From assembly GCA_038801705.1 (NCBI GenBank), contig JAULTC010000002.1, forward strand, positions 323,127 through 387,126: DNA of 64,000 nt, read 5' to 3'. The translations under genes were made by a program, and so were the position numbers. Origin of the DNA: Candidatus Methanosuratincola mesotaenarum (lineage in GTDB: Archaea; Thermoproteota; Methanomethylicia; Methanomethylicales; Methanomethylicaceae). Positions within the stretch are counted from its first letter, which is position 1. Each line of letters begins with the position of its first letter. Below are positions 30,840 to 40,458 of the stretch, one piece after another. The notes beneath the pieces were generated by a model that saw nothing but the letters and a program-made list of their open reading frames with translations, did not search any database and was not told the DNA's origin.

Positions 30840-31181
30840 CCTGCCGCTGCTAGGGCTATGATCCAGGGGTGCAACCCTGTGAAGCTCGACCTTCCTCCCC
30901 TCGAAGAACGCAGAGATCATCTTTTCCTTCCCACTCTCAACCAACCGCCAAATCGTATTCCTGGAGATCCCCATGACCATGCCCGCCTCGTCGTACGAGA
31001 GCTTCTCCAGCTCCACTAGCCGCATAGCCTCGAGCTCCGCTAGGTCGAGCTCGATCGGGGGCGCCCTCTCGACTGGGAATGGCACTAGGGCCTCAGCTAC
31101 AGGAACTTTCGAGATATTTACATTCTTGGGTATCCTTCCGACGCAGCCCCTCCTACACCTTTTGCAGAAACCCCGTGACAT
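30777..31181 (-). CDS. DUF134 DNA-binding protein
   Basis: ELEAMRLVELEKLSYDEAGMVMGISRNTIWRLV; start set at ATG 31181. Confidence 0.85.
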   Translation of the reverse strand: MSRGFCKRCRRGCVGRIPKNVNISKVPVAEALVPFPVERAPPIELDLAELEAMRLVELEKLSYDEAGMVMGISRNTIWRLVESGKEKMISAFFEGRKVELHRVAPLDHSPSSGRSSQRVSKERDPEDGTVDRED

Positions 31182-31228
31182 GAATATGTGATCTATCACA
31201 CAAATATAAATCGCTTATGGGAAAAGGA

Positions 31229-31633
31229 TCACGGATACGAGAGCCTGTGCCTCACGGCCGTACCCCTGTCAGTGACCAGGTATAGGAAGTAGTCTGCCCC
31301 CTCAGGGTCCAGGCTGAAACCGATTGGGATGTATGCCTGGGAATGCGCTTCGACCTGCCTCAATGGCTTGAATTCGGTCGACTCAACTGCGATGCCCGAC
31401 TGTATCTTGACCAGGCTCGCAGACTTTATCCCGACTGTCGAGTCCAGTGACGAGGTGATGTTCACCCCGACGAGGACATTCATCCTCCTGTTCAGCTCAA
31501 CACCAGTGACGCTGATCCCAGTCTCCTCTGCCAGCGCTGACTGTTTCCCCTTCAGGTAGAGCACGGTTGCCGCTGAGAGGATCAGCCCCGCAATGACCAC
31601 CGCAATTATTGCTGCAGCGCGCTTCGAGACCAT
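31229..31633 (-). CDS. Hypothetical membrane-anchored protein
   Basis: N-terminal hydrophobic helix followed by a beta-rich domain. Confidence 0.6.
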   Translation of the reverse strand: MVSKRAAAIIAVVIAGLILSAATVLYLKGKQSALAEETGISVTGVELNRRMNVLVGVNITSSLDSTVGIKSASLVKIQSGIAVESTEFKPLRQVEAHSQAYIPIGFSLDPEGADYFLYLVTDRGTAVRHRLSYP

Positions 31634-31643
31634 GCACCATCAC

Positions 31644-32435
31644 CTAGTGGAGGAGAGGCCCTCCGCCCAGCACCTGGATTATCGCCGGCACCAGCGCAAC
31701 CGTTCCGATTACCGCGAATACCAGCGCAACCGTGACGAGCTTCCTCGTTGCATCGTTCCCGACCGGCTCTATCTCCTTGACCCTCACTGTATAGTGCCTG
31801 ACAACAAATCCCCATAGCACGAGCGCGATCGAGAGCCCGTAGCTGATTATCACGACGAGGAACATTGGTGCGTCGTGGAAGATGAAGCAGTACGGGCAGG
31901 GGACCGGGGATGCCTCTGTGAAGACTGTCCTGCAGCAGGGGACGGTCACCGGGCTCACCGTGAAATAGAACGCCAAGTCTAGCATCGTATCCAGGAGCAG
32001 CAGTGGAACCAAGAGTATGAAGATCTTCGAGAGGGGTTGCAGCAGGGGGCTCCCCTTGACCCTCCGGTTGATGAGGTCGAGCACCAGCCATATCCCATAC
32101 GCGAAGATCACAACCAGCTTCACGCCGGTGTCTATCCACGAGTACGGGCTCCCGGCCTGGCTGACGCCGAACTGGCACATGGCCCCTGGTATCAGCGGTA
32201 TCAGGCTCTCGTTCGTAACCCAGAAGAGCCCGCCCGCGATTATCCTCGATACCAAGATAACCCAGACTACGGTCGATAGGAGGTAGTAGTTCTTCTCCAA
32301 GAGGTACTTCTCCTCGAGCCCAGCCTTGGCGATCCTCTTGTTGATTGTGTACGCCTTCCCGGAGGCGTATATGACCAGCACCAGCCCGAAGATGCCGAGT
32401 ACTGTCATCACTGTTGTGAGAGGTGTCCAGATCAT
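31644..32435 (-). CDS. Conserved polytopic membrane protein with Cys motifs
   Basis: About 6-7 TM segments; PGAMCQFGV, VPCC and CPYC; start set at ATG 32435. Confidence 0.7.
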   Translation of the reverse strand: MIWTPLTTVMTVLGIFGLVLVIYASGKAYTINKRIAKAGLEEKYLLEKNYYLLSTVVWVILVSRIIAGGLFWVTNESLIPLIPGAMCQFGVSQAGSPYSWIDTGVKLVVIFAYGIWLVLDLINRRVKGSPLLQPLSKIFILLVPLLLLDTMLDLAFYFTVSPVTVPCCRTVFTEASPVPCPYCFIFHDAPMFLVVIISYGLSIALVLWGFVVRHYTVRVKEIEPVGNDATRKLVTVALVFAVIGTVALVPAIIQVLGGGPLLH

Positions 32436-32571
32436 CTTTCGCTCTCCATGGTAAGTAACTGAGAGACTGGTATATATGTGTGGAGTTAAGGGCTGTGGAA
32501 TTGAACTCTGAAACAAAAAAGGGCGGTGGAAAGTTTATTTATCGTTGCCCTGAATCTATAGATGACAAAAA

Positions 32572-33054
32572 ATGGGACAGGTCTCACAACCCCTGAGGGT
32601 GATGTTTGTGGTGCTTACCGTGTCGACCGTGGGGATGGTCTCCCTCTTGGCAGTCTTCCTCAGCGCTCATCCTTATTTCAGCCCATTCCAGCCAGTAACG
32701 CTGCCGAAGGGATGGATCGACGATCAGACCTACGTCTCGGAGAACTTCACGATAGCGGCGGGGCAGACCGTAACGGACATCTTCGGATACGCAGGCGCGG
32801 GAGGGCAGTCAATAATGACCCTTGGGATCCAGCCACTCTTGATAAAGACTGCTGGTAATATCGACATAACTTTCAACGGGATACCTCTCGGAGAGACTTA
32901 CGTAAACCAAACGCTGGTTACCAACACATCCATAGCCTCCTGCTGCTTTGTCACGCTCATCCAGGCGGGCGTGGACAATGTTGTAGAGGTTGAATCGAAA
33001 GGGTTCGAGGGTGAATTCAGGTACATGATAATAATCCCGACGGGGGCACGATGA
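32572..33054 (+). CDS. Hypothetical secreted or membrane-anchored protein
   Basis: N-terminal TM helix, beta-rich domain with IASCCF; first gene of an apparent operon. Confidence 0.6.
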   Translation: MGQVSQPLRVMFVVLTVSTVGMVSLLAVFLSAHPYFSPFQPVTLPKGWIDDQTYVSENFTIAAGQTVTDIFGYAGAGGQSIMTLGIQPLLIKTAGNIDITFNGIPLGETYVNQTLVTNTSIASCCFVTLIQAGVDNVVEVESKGFEGEFRYMIIIPTGAR

Positions 33055-33378
33055 TTGAGGAAGGTGCTGGCTCTGCCTATCTTTGCGCTTGTTTTCACTA
33101 TCGCCCTCATCGCAGTCTCAGTCCATAGCGAGATTCAATGGTCCGGGAGAGAGTATGACAGAGCACTCAGAGAGAGCGTGGGCTTGCCGAGCATCGCGAT
33201 TGGGACGAACTACGAGGGGACCAGGAACCCGCTCATCGAGATCTTCGTTAGGTCCCTCTATGATATCCCAGGCGGCTACGATTACGTCGTATCCTCCAGT
33301 TTCATTGACACGCCGTTGAAACTCAAGGAATTCAGGGAGTCCATTCCTGGATTCAATTTCACCGCGATAAAGGGATGA
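33055..33378 (+). CDS. Hypothetical membrane-anchored protein
   Basis: Abuts both neighbours; N-terminal TM helix; RNPLIE...SLYDIPGGY. Confidence 0.6.
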   Translation: MRKVLALPIFALVFTIALIAVSVHSEIQWSGREYDRALRESVGLPSIAIGTNYEGTRNPLIEIFVRSLYDIPGGYDYVVSSSFIDTPLKLKEFRESIPGFNFTAIKG

Positions 33379-33384
33379 TTTTGA

Positions 33385-34575
33385 ATGATTCGGAAGCACA
33401 AAAACCTGCTGAACTATTCGTTCGATTGCCTAAGGAGATACCGCATGAGGACTGCAGTCATCCTGATCACTTTTCTGGTGGCAACCACGATGATCTCCGC
33501 GGTCCTATTCACGAAGGACGGCCTAGAGAGGGAAGCAGAGTTCAGCGTCGAGTCCGCCCCTGACCTTACCCTCCAGTACCTCAAGGGCGGTAGGGTCGAG
33601 CCAATAAATACCTCATACATCACTCTGATCTCTGAGATACCTGGGGTCGAGAAGGTCCTCAAGCGAACTTGGGGGTACGCCGGCATAGGCGATTACACCT
33701 TTGTCGTAATCGGGCTGGACCCCGAAGGGCTTGATTACTCGAGGGGCGTGATCACAGATCTCGAGGATGGGCGATTTTTGACACCAGCCGACGATGGCAC
33801 CGGTAACATCGTGATCGGCAAGCTGCTTGCATACATGCTCAATGTCAGGGTAGGTGACGACATTCTACTTCTGAGCGAGTCAGTTGAGGCCAATAAGTTC
33901 CACGTTGTTGGTCTCTTCTCGGATTCCTCGTCGATATACACCGCTGACATGATCGTTATGTCGCTGAGCGATGCTAACCGATTCTTCAGCATGCCAGAGG
34001 GTCAGGTCACCGACCTCTGCGTCTACGTCAGCCCCACCGAGGACCCTGTTACGGTCGCATCCAAGATGAATTGGATACCGAACCTCCGCGTTCTCGACCA
34101 GGACCTCCTGCTGAGGGGCTACAAGGCTGCCTACGGCGCCAGGGGAGGCATCTTCACCACGCTCTGGACGATACTGCTCGTCGCGGTCGCGCTGATCGCG
34201 TTCAGCCAGGCGATAGTCGTCGGGCACGAGTCCCAGTTCGAGGTCGGGCTCCTCAAGACCTTTGGCTTCTCTACGCTTGACATCATCGAGGTGAGGCTCG
34301 TCGAGAGCCTTGTGCTGGGGTTCTTGGCGACCTCGCTCGGTATGCTCCTCGGGTTCTCATACGCCGCGTTCTTCAATGCTCCAGGCCTCGTGGACATCCT
34401 GCTAGGTTGGGCGTACCTTCCTAGGGAGTTCCGCCTCCCGGTCTACGTGAGCCTTCAGTCGGTCTTTTCGATCTATGCGGTTACCATAATACCGCTGCTG
34501 ATCACGACCGTGGTGCCTGCGTGGCTCAATGCAATAACTGACCCTGAGCTCGCGATGAGGAGGGCTGCCGCATGA
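33385..34575 (+). CDS. ABC transporter permease, FtsX/MacB family
   Basis: N-terminal TM helix, periplasmic MacB-like domain (GRF, VGDDI, VVGLF), EVGLLKTFGFS, three C-terminal TMs. Confidence 0.85.
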   Translation: MIRKHKNLLNYSFDCLRRYRMRTAVILITFLVATTMISAVLFTKDGLEREAEFSVESAPDLTLQYLKGGRVEPINTSYITLISEIPGVEKVLKRTWGYAGIGDYTFVVIGLDPEGLDYSRGVITDLEDGRFLTPADDGTGNIVIGKLLAYMLNVRVGDDILLLSESVEANKFHVVGLFSDSSSIYTADMIVMSLSDANRFFSMPEGQVTDLCVYVSPTEDPVTVASKMNWIPNLRVLDQDLLLRGYKAAYGARGGIFTTLWTILLVAVALIAFSQAIVVGHESQFEVGLLKTFGFSTLDIIEVRLVESLVLGFLATSLGMLLGFSYAAFFNAPGLVDILLGWAYLPREFRLPVYVSLQSVFSIYAVTIIPLLITTVVPAWLNAITDPELAMRRAAA

Positions 34576-35234
34576 TAGAGGTGAAGAAACTAACGAAGAT
34601 ATTCAACAGGGGAAAGTTCAACGAGACTGCTGCGGTCGTCGACGTCAGCCTGAAGGTGAAAGACAACTCCATCGTGGCCCTTACCGGTCCGAGCGGCTGC
34701 GGGAAGACTACGCTCCTGAGCATGATCGGACTCATCCTCACCCCGACCTCCGGGGAGATTCTATATGACGGGGAGAATGTGCTCCTGGCGTCGGACCACT
34801 GGAAGACGATGTTCAGGAGGCAGAGTTTTGGATTCATCTTCCAGCACATCAACCTCCTGCCCCAGTACACGACGCTCGAGAACATCCTCCTCCCGCTCTA
34901 CTCATCGGACGTGGATCCATGGGCGTACGAGGGGAAGGCGAGGGAGTGGCTATTGAAGTTGGGGATTGCAGACCGGGCTGAGCACCTGGTCGAGCAGCTC
35001 TCCGGGGGGGAGCAGCAAAGGGCCGCCTTCGTCAGGGCACTGATCAAAGAGCCGAAGTACGTCTTCGCCGACGAGCCCACTGTGTTCGTCGACGAGGAAA
35101 CCTCACGCATCATCTACAATGTCTTCTCTTCCCTCAGGGACAGCGGCAAGACTGTCTTGCTCTCCACCCACGACCCCGAGCTGATAAAGATTGCGGACGA
35201 GACCTACCGCATCTGCAAGGGAAGGCTTACGTGA
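34572..35234 (+). CDS. ABC ATPase (LolD-like)
   Basis: GPSGCGKTT, LSGGEQQR, ADEPT, STHD. Confidence 0.9.
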   Translation: MIEVKKLTKIFNRGKFNETAAVVDVSLKVKDNSIVALTGPSGCGKTTLLSMIGLILTPTSGEILYDGENVLLASDHWKTMFRRQSFGFIFQHINLLPQYTTLENILLPLYSSDVDPWAYEGKAREWLLKLGIADRAEHLVEQLSGGEQQRAAFVRALIKEPKYVFADEPTVFVDEETSRIIYNVFSSLRDSGKTVLLSTHDPELIKIADETYRICKGRLT

Positions 35235-35666
35235 GAAGTCGTATGCAGCCACATCCACAGCCCACTATTATCCTGTTCTGCTTACGGCCTTCACATCTTC
35301 GGCAGCATAAGACTGTATTAATGGGCTTGTAGTTCCACTGGCAGTGCTGATCGAATATGTTGCACTCATTATCAACGGCCGCACCATCCATACACTCATC
35401 GCCGGCGGACCCACTGCCATCTAAGCTAAACCAGCGCGAACCTGGTAGGCTATCCATCATCTTGGGTGAACTTCAGGCGGGCGCAGTTTCTCGAGATTGT
35501 GAGGATCGCTAAGCAACCTCATTGTTGAAGCAGAACGCCTTCACCTTTCAGGGTAGGATAGTCCACTTACACAGAACTCCTGCAGCTCCTCTCAAAGCTA
35601 TGATTTTTTCCTGCCATTCTTGGAATCCTCTGGACTTTCCTTCAGCGGTTTCGTTGTTGCAACTAT

Positions 35667-37023
35667 GTTTTGTTTTCTCATCCTTTTCGGAGTCATTGAA
35701 ACGACAATTCATTACGCTGAACCTAGAGATGGCATTAGTTTCAGTCTTCTCATCCTTTTCGGAGTCATTGAAACAAGATTATAAAAAATCACGCACCAAG
35801 ATACTTAATGTTTCAGTCTTCTCATCCTTTTCGGAGTCATTGAAACTATTTTTGAGGAAGAGCGGCGATCGGTACCTCTTCCGTTTCAGTCTTCTCATCC
35901 TTTTCGGAGTCATTGAAACCTGGTTGGTTTAGGGGTTATTAAACACCAGACAAGAAGTTTCAGTCTTCTCATCCTTTTCGGAGTCATTGAAACAAGGTGA
36001 CATCTATACCAAGGAAGAGTGGAAGGCAAGTTTCAGTCTTCTCATCCTTTTCGGAGTCATTGAAACTGAAGGTATTGAAAGGGAGGAATGAAAGCCAGTA
36101 TGAGTTTCAGTCTTCTCATCCTTTTCGGAGTCATTGAAACTCAGGACACTCGCCGACGAGCTTGCAAAAGCTCGTGAGTTTCAGTCTTCTCATCCTTTTC
36201 GGAGTCATTGAAACCCCAAGGTCGGCGAGTGGCAGGACTTGGGGATATACAAGTTTCAGTCTTCTCATCCTTTTCGGAGTCATTGAAACTACGTATTCAT
36301 ATAGATACCCCTATAGAAAAATAATAAGTTTCAGTCTTCTCATCCTTTTCGGAGTCATTGAAACCGCCAGCCTTCATGGTGATCGCAATGCGCTGCACTG
36401 GTTTCAGTCTTCTCATCCTTTTCGGAGTCATTGAAACTAAAGAATTATTGTAATAATACCAAGTCGATAATAGTTTCAGTCTTCTCATCCTTTTCGGAGT
36501 CATTGAAACACCCATTCTATGGAATGGGCTGACTTACAATTATGAAGTTTCAGTCTTCTCATCCTTTTCGGAGTCATTGAAACGTTTTCACTTATCGAAC
36601 CAGATGTATCAAGTAAGATGTGTTTCAGTCTTCTCATCCTTTTCGGAGTCATTGAAACTTCCTATTTTTGCAAGTATAAAGCCAGCCCATTATAGTTTCA
36701 GTCTTCTCATCCTTTTCGGAGTCATTGAAACGAGGATCAGTTTTTTACTTCGAAGGACGAGGTGTAGTTTCAGTCTTCTCATCCTTTTCGGAGTCATTGA
36801 AACGCATGCTCGACGCAATGCGCAAAGAAGAGGGTGAAGTTTCAGTCTTCTCATCCTTTTCGGAGTCATTGAAACCCTAAATGCGGGGAATGGGAGTCCA
36901 TCGGAATTTACAAGTTTCAGTCTTCTCATCCTTTTCGGAGTCATTGAAACCTTCTAATCGTTCAGGTATGCTTATGAACAACTCATGTTTCAGTCTTCTC
37001 ATCCTTTTCGGAGTCATTGAAAC
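35667..37023 (-). CRISPR. CRISPR array: 19 repeats (37 nt), 18 spacers (35-38 nt)
   Basis: Repeat on + strand GTTTCAGTCTTCTCATCCTTTTCGGAGTCATTGAAAC; 18 exact copies plus one degenerate copy at 35667-35702. Minus-strand transcription is inferred from the degenerate end and the promoter-like right flank; both orientations end in TGAAAC, so strand is less certain than the array itself. Confidence 0.97.
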
Positions 37024-37125
37024 CGTAAGGATTTTTCCTCCTAATGCTAAAAAAGCTTTGTTCTCGACTTGTTTAGGCAGCCAAGCGTGAATGTCAAAAA
37101 ATCCCCCGTAGGCATATAAACAGGT
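37024..37125 (-). promoter_or_regulatory. Putative CRISPR leader and promoter
   Basis: AT-rich; on the minus strand AAAGCTTTTTTAG (BRE/TATA-like) lies about 25-35 nt before the first repeat. Confidence 0.55.
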
Positions 37126-38433
37126 TCACGCCCTCGAGGGCCATTTAATAAATTTCGAACTCTCCAAGAGTTTGTCTAGGTCATTAACCGCCACCTTGGC
37201 CAATGCCCTGACCTTCTTGTCCAGTTTTATGTACGTTCCCTCATCCACGGGCTGCAGACCATGTGCCAATATCGAAAGATTCCTGGTCTTGAGTAACTCC
37301 TTCATCTCATGATCCTCGCAGTACAGGCCACCCAGTTCATCCCCGAACGCATGCAGGAGCTCGTAATCTTTTTTCAAATCTATCTTCATCGGCTCAATAG
37401 ATGGAACCCTGCCCGCCCCCGCAGAGCTTTTTGCCTGTTCAGCCCCTCCCTTTGCCCCCACGGTCTCTTGTGCGGGTATCAGCTGAAGCCCCCACCAGCG
37501 GCTGCGCAGTTCTTCTGGTATCCGCCTTGGGTCGACTGAGGACGTTTCTATGTCGTATTTCTTTTTCAGGCGGTACTGGGCGGTAAGCTCTGCAGTCCTG
37601 TAGAGCCTGGCGACGGCATCGTCGTACTTCTTTTCTTCGGCTCCCCGCCGCTCTGAGTTGTTGATGAGGTCCGCGATCATGTACGGTTCAGGGTATCCCT
37701 TATCCGGGGACTGCGTTTTCTCGAGCTGTTCCATGAGCTTTCCGAGGAACTCCTTATTTTTTTCAGTCCCGGGGATTTTTAAAGTCGACAGCTTTCCATA
37801 AGCCTCTTTGTGGCGGAACTTGTCCCAGAGCGAGTACGCTTCCGCCATGGAGTCCAACGGCTTCATCATGTCTTCCAGGGTTTTGTCCCTGTGCTTGATC
37901 AGGATGCTATTTATTATGGATCTTGCAGCATCGTACTTGGTATTGTTGAAATAGCCCACGGCCATCATGTATTTATGTGCAGCCGCGGCTAAGTACGGCC
38001 TTAGCATGACGATTTGCTCTGTTCCCTGCTGGACCAATGCGGGGCTCCTCTTTCCGGATATGTAGCTCAGCGTGTCGGCTTCAAAGTTGACTCCCAGCGT
38101 GGCCAAGGCGGCTGAAATTGGCTTCGTCCCAGAAGTATAATCTATTGCGAGGTTGTCGTAGCTGTTTCTGAGGGCCTCTATTTTGAGAGAGAGGGATTCG
38201 TATATGCTATTGAAGTTGTCCGGATCATCCACCTCCATTATCTCGTTCTCGTAATCGAGCCCGTCCAGGATAAGGGGCAGCGTGACCTCTCTGCTTTCCT
38301 TGGTAACCACAAAGAAGACCTTTGTGGGGTTGTGCTGGGCAATGCTGAATTTTATCGCTTCTGCAAGGCTAGGCGTCCCGCTTCTGTCTTTACCTGTCCC
38401 GACCGAAATTACGAGCGCTTTAGATGTAGGCAT
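37126..38433 (-). CDS. CARF-HEPN ancillary protein (TIGR02710-like)
   Basis: LVISVGTG, DYTSGTKPISAAL CARF motif, YDDAVARLYR, RNLSILAHG (RX6H HEPN-type). Confidence 0.82.
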   Translation of the reverse strand: MPTSKALVISVGTGKDRSGTPSLAEAIKFSIAQHNPTKVFFVVTKESREVTLPLILDGLDYENEIMEVDDPDNFNSIYESLSLKIEALRNSYDNLAIDYTSGTKPISAALATLGVNFEADTLSYISGKRSPALVQQGTEQIVMLRPYLAAAAHKYMMAVGYFNNTKYDAARSIINSILIKHRDKTLEDMMKPLDSMAEAYSLWDKFRHKEAYGKLSTLKIPGTEKNKEFLGKLMEQLEKTQSPDKGYPEPYMIADLINNSERRGAEEKKYDDAVARLYRTAELTAQYRLKKKYDIETSSVDPRRIPEELRSRWWGLQLIPAQETVGAKGGAEQAKSSAGAGRVPSIEPMKIDLKKDYELLHAFGDELGGLYCEDHEMKELLKTRNLSILAHGLQPVDEGTYIKLDKKVRALAKVAVNDLDKLLESSKFIKWPSRA

Positions 38434-38578
38434 GTAAAAGCTCCTTTTGTATATCCTTTTCTTTTTCAGTATTTAAGTCCTCGACATCCCTTTGTCGGCG
38501 ACCGGGCAGTTTAGCCGAGGTTCCAGCCCGCGAGGCCCGGCCGACCCATTTGACCTTGAGGGCGCGTGCCGGATCCGG

Positions 38579-39751
38579 TCAGTTCACCCCCAAGGACTTT
38601 ATGCCGAGCTGACCGCAGCCGTGGGGTTTGTAGGCGCCTATGGCATAATACTCCAGCGCGGCAAGCCCGACCGCAAGCTCCCTGCTCCTTGCATTGGAAG
38701 CGAATTCAAAGACAGACCCAGCCGAAAAGGCCGCCTCTATGGCCCTCCGCCTGTCCGATCTAAGCGACCATCCGCTGAACGCCTCGCCTTCTACGGCGTA
38801 TGACTTGAGCGCCATCTCTGGTAACACTGGTTTACCTTCCTTCATTGCCATGGTGTAGGCCCTCCTCGCCCCTTCGAGTAGGGTCTGAGGGTCAAGGAGC
38901 TTTCCGTCGAGGATCATTGGCGAGAACACGTCTACCCTGAAGTGCGTCGTATCGATTTCATTCGCGCGGTCTTCCACCGTCCCCACCTCGACTGGTTCGA
39001 TCTTTAGGTCTTCCACTTCGACCTTGCCGAACCCGCGCGACTTCGACCCTCCGACCCCCTCGTCTGGCAGGGCACGAACGACCACATTACTTATGAGATT
39101 CAGGGTCGCTTCGTCTGCGCCGTATGCGATTGCCTCGAAACGGAACCTCGATCCCGCGGAAATGACCTCTGGAATGTGGATCGTCCCAGCCATGCCGCCC
39201 TGGGCCTGCACTTGGGCAGCCGCGCAAGTCGACCTGTCGACGGAGGTCATCACGACCCTGGAAACCCTGACGGGGGTGCGCTCGATCGACCCACACCGGT
39301 CGCAGCGGAACCCGCGGACAGCCTTCACCGACTCACCGCAGACACCGCACTTCTCGCCCGGCTCGAACGCCTCGAACGCCTTGCGGCACTGCGGGTTCAC
39401 GCAGCGGTAAAGCGACTTGGGCGCGGGCCTGAAGACGCCCCCGCACCCGAGGTGTATTGGATAAGCGTACCTGAAGAAGATCTTTGATGCCCTGCCGAAC
39501 TCCTCGCCGAAGAGTTGGGCGTATCTGCAGTCGTTGAAGTATTCGCACTTCTCGTGATCCGCCAAGGGGGTCTCGCGTTTGCAGACCAGCTTTATCAGCG
39601 AGGTGCCGACAGCGCCACGCATGACCGCGCCGTTAAGGTATGGCCTGGAATGCTTGATGACGCCTGTCCTCGATCCTGTGCCGACGTGAAGGGGGGTCGC
39701 TGCCCTGATCACCCCAACGATCCTATGGCAGTATGGGTCCATCGGCATCAC
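38579..39751 (-). CDS. RAMP Cas7-Cas5 fusion (Csx10-like) with Cys-rich insertion
   Basis: TPLHVG...YLNGAVMRGA; G-loop GVGGSKSRGFG at mid-protein; then a second RAMP (SPMIL, SGWS, AGSVF, IG...HGCG). Confidence 0.75.
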   Translation of the reverse strand: MMPMDPYCHRIVGVIRAATPLHVGTGSRTGVIKHSRPYLNGAVMRGAVGTSLIKLVCKRETPLADHEKCEYFNDCRYAQLFGEEFGRASKIFFRYAYPIHLGCGGVFRPAPKSLYRCVNPQCRKAFEAFEPGEKCGVCGESVKAVRGFRCDRCGSIERTPVRVSRVVMTSVDRSTCAAAQVQAQGGMAGTIHIPEVISAGSRFRFEAIAYGADEATLNLISNVVVRALPDEGVGGSKSRGFGKVEVEDLKIEPVEVGTVEDRANEIDTTHFRVDVFSPMILDGKLLDPQTLLEGARRAYTMAMKEGKPVLPEMALKSYAVEGEAFSGWSLRSDRRRAIEAAFSAGSVFEFASNARSRELAVGLAALEYYAIGAYKPHGCGQLGIKSLGVN

Positions 39752-40458
39752 TTGCTGAGCCAGTCCTTGCCCTGCACTACTTTTTCCTCCTCTTCGGCGA
39801 GGTAGTACTTTGCGGTCCGCTCTTTCACCGCGTCGATCTGGATCCTTGCCTTGCCGAACCCCCTCGACGAAGAGCCGCCTACTGACGAGTCTTCAACCGA
39901 CTTGAGGGCAGCCTTCAGGAGCCGGATCTCTTCGTCGGAAAGGTTCTCGCCGACGATCTCGAGCGCGAATTTTGTGCCTGCAGGTACCGCCTGTATCGTA
40001 TATAGCGCCCCACGGGCGACCGTACCCTTGTTCCTGTCGATCGCTATCCCTGTGCGCTCGAGCAGGGAATCCACCTTTCCGATCGGGAGCGCGTCCCGAA
40101 ACTTCACCTTGCTGGCAACCGAGATCCTTCCAGCCGTGCCAAAGATCCGACAGCAGATGCAAAAGTCCTCCGGATCGCTCTTGCGGCTCCCACACATGTT
40201 GTTGACATCCGGTGGCGTGCAGACCTCCATCTTCTGCCTTGCTATGCGCTCAGCCTCTGCCCTAACGCGGCCTTTTAGGGAGGACCCCGGTATGTACGGC
40301 TTCCCTTCCGGATCGGTTAAAACCGGGAGGTCCGGCTGGCCTATTTCTGCTTCGGACTTGCCAGATCCGATGTGTATCGGGGTCACGGCCTCCAGCGTGC
40401 CAGAGACGATGACCCTCTTTTCCAATTTCTCGAATACCAATTTTTTCACCTCCGTCAT
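39748..40458 (-). CDS. csm3: Cas7 backbone subunit (Csm3-like)
   Basis: TPIHIGSG...PDLPV (catalytic Asp position), PYIPGSSLKG, CICCRIFG, VGGSSSRGFG. Confidence 0.9.
   Translation of the reverse strand: MTEVKKLVFEKLEKRVIVSGTLEAVTPIHIGSGKSEAEIGQPDLPVLTDPEGKPYIPGSSLKGRVRAEAERIARQKMEVCTPPDVNNMCGSRKSDPEDFCICCRIFGTAGRISVASKVKFRDALPIGKVDSLLERTGIAIDRNKGTVARGALYTIQAVPAGTKFALEIVGENLSDEEIRLLKAALKSVEDSSVGGSSSRGFGKARIQIDAVKERTAKYYLAEEEEKVVQGKDWLSK

Noticed and set aside
35535-35565. CCTACCCTGAAAGGTGAAGG (minus strand) resembling an IS200/IS605 end
   Set aside because: No tnpA or tnpB sequence nearby; too short to support.
35522-37090. ORFs of 69-136 aa across the CRISPR array
   Set aside because: They are translations of repeats and spacers (recurring SFSLLILFGVIET and MTPKRMRRLK).
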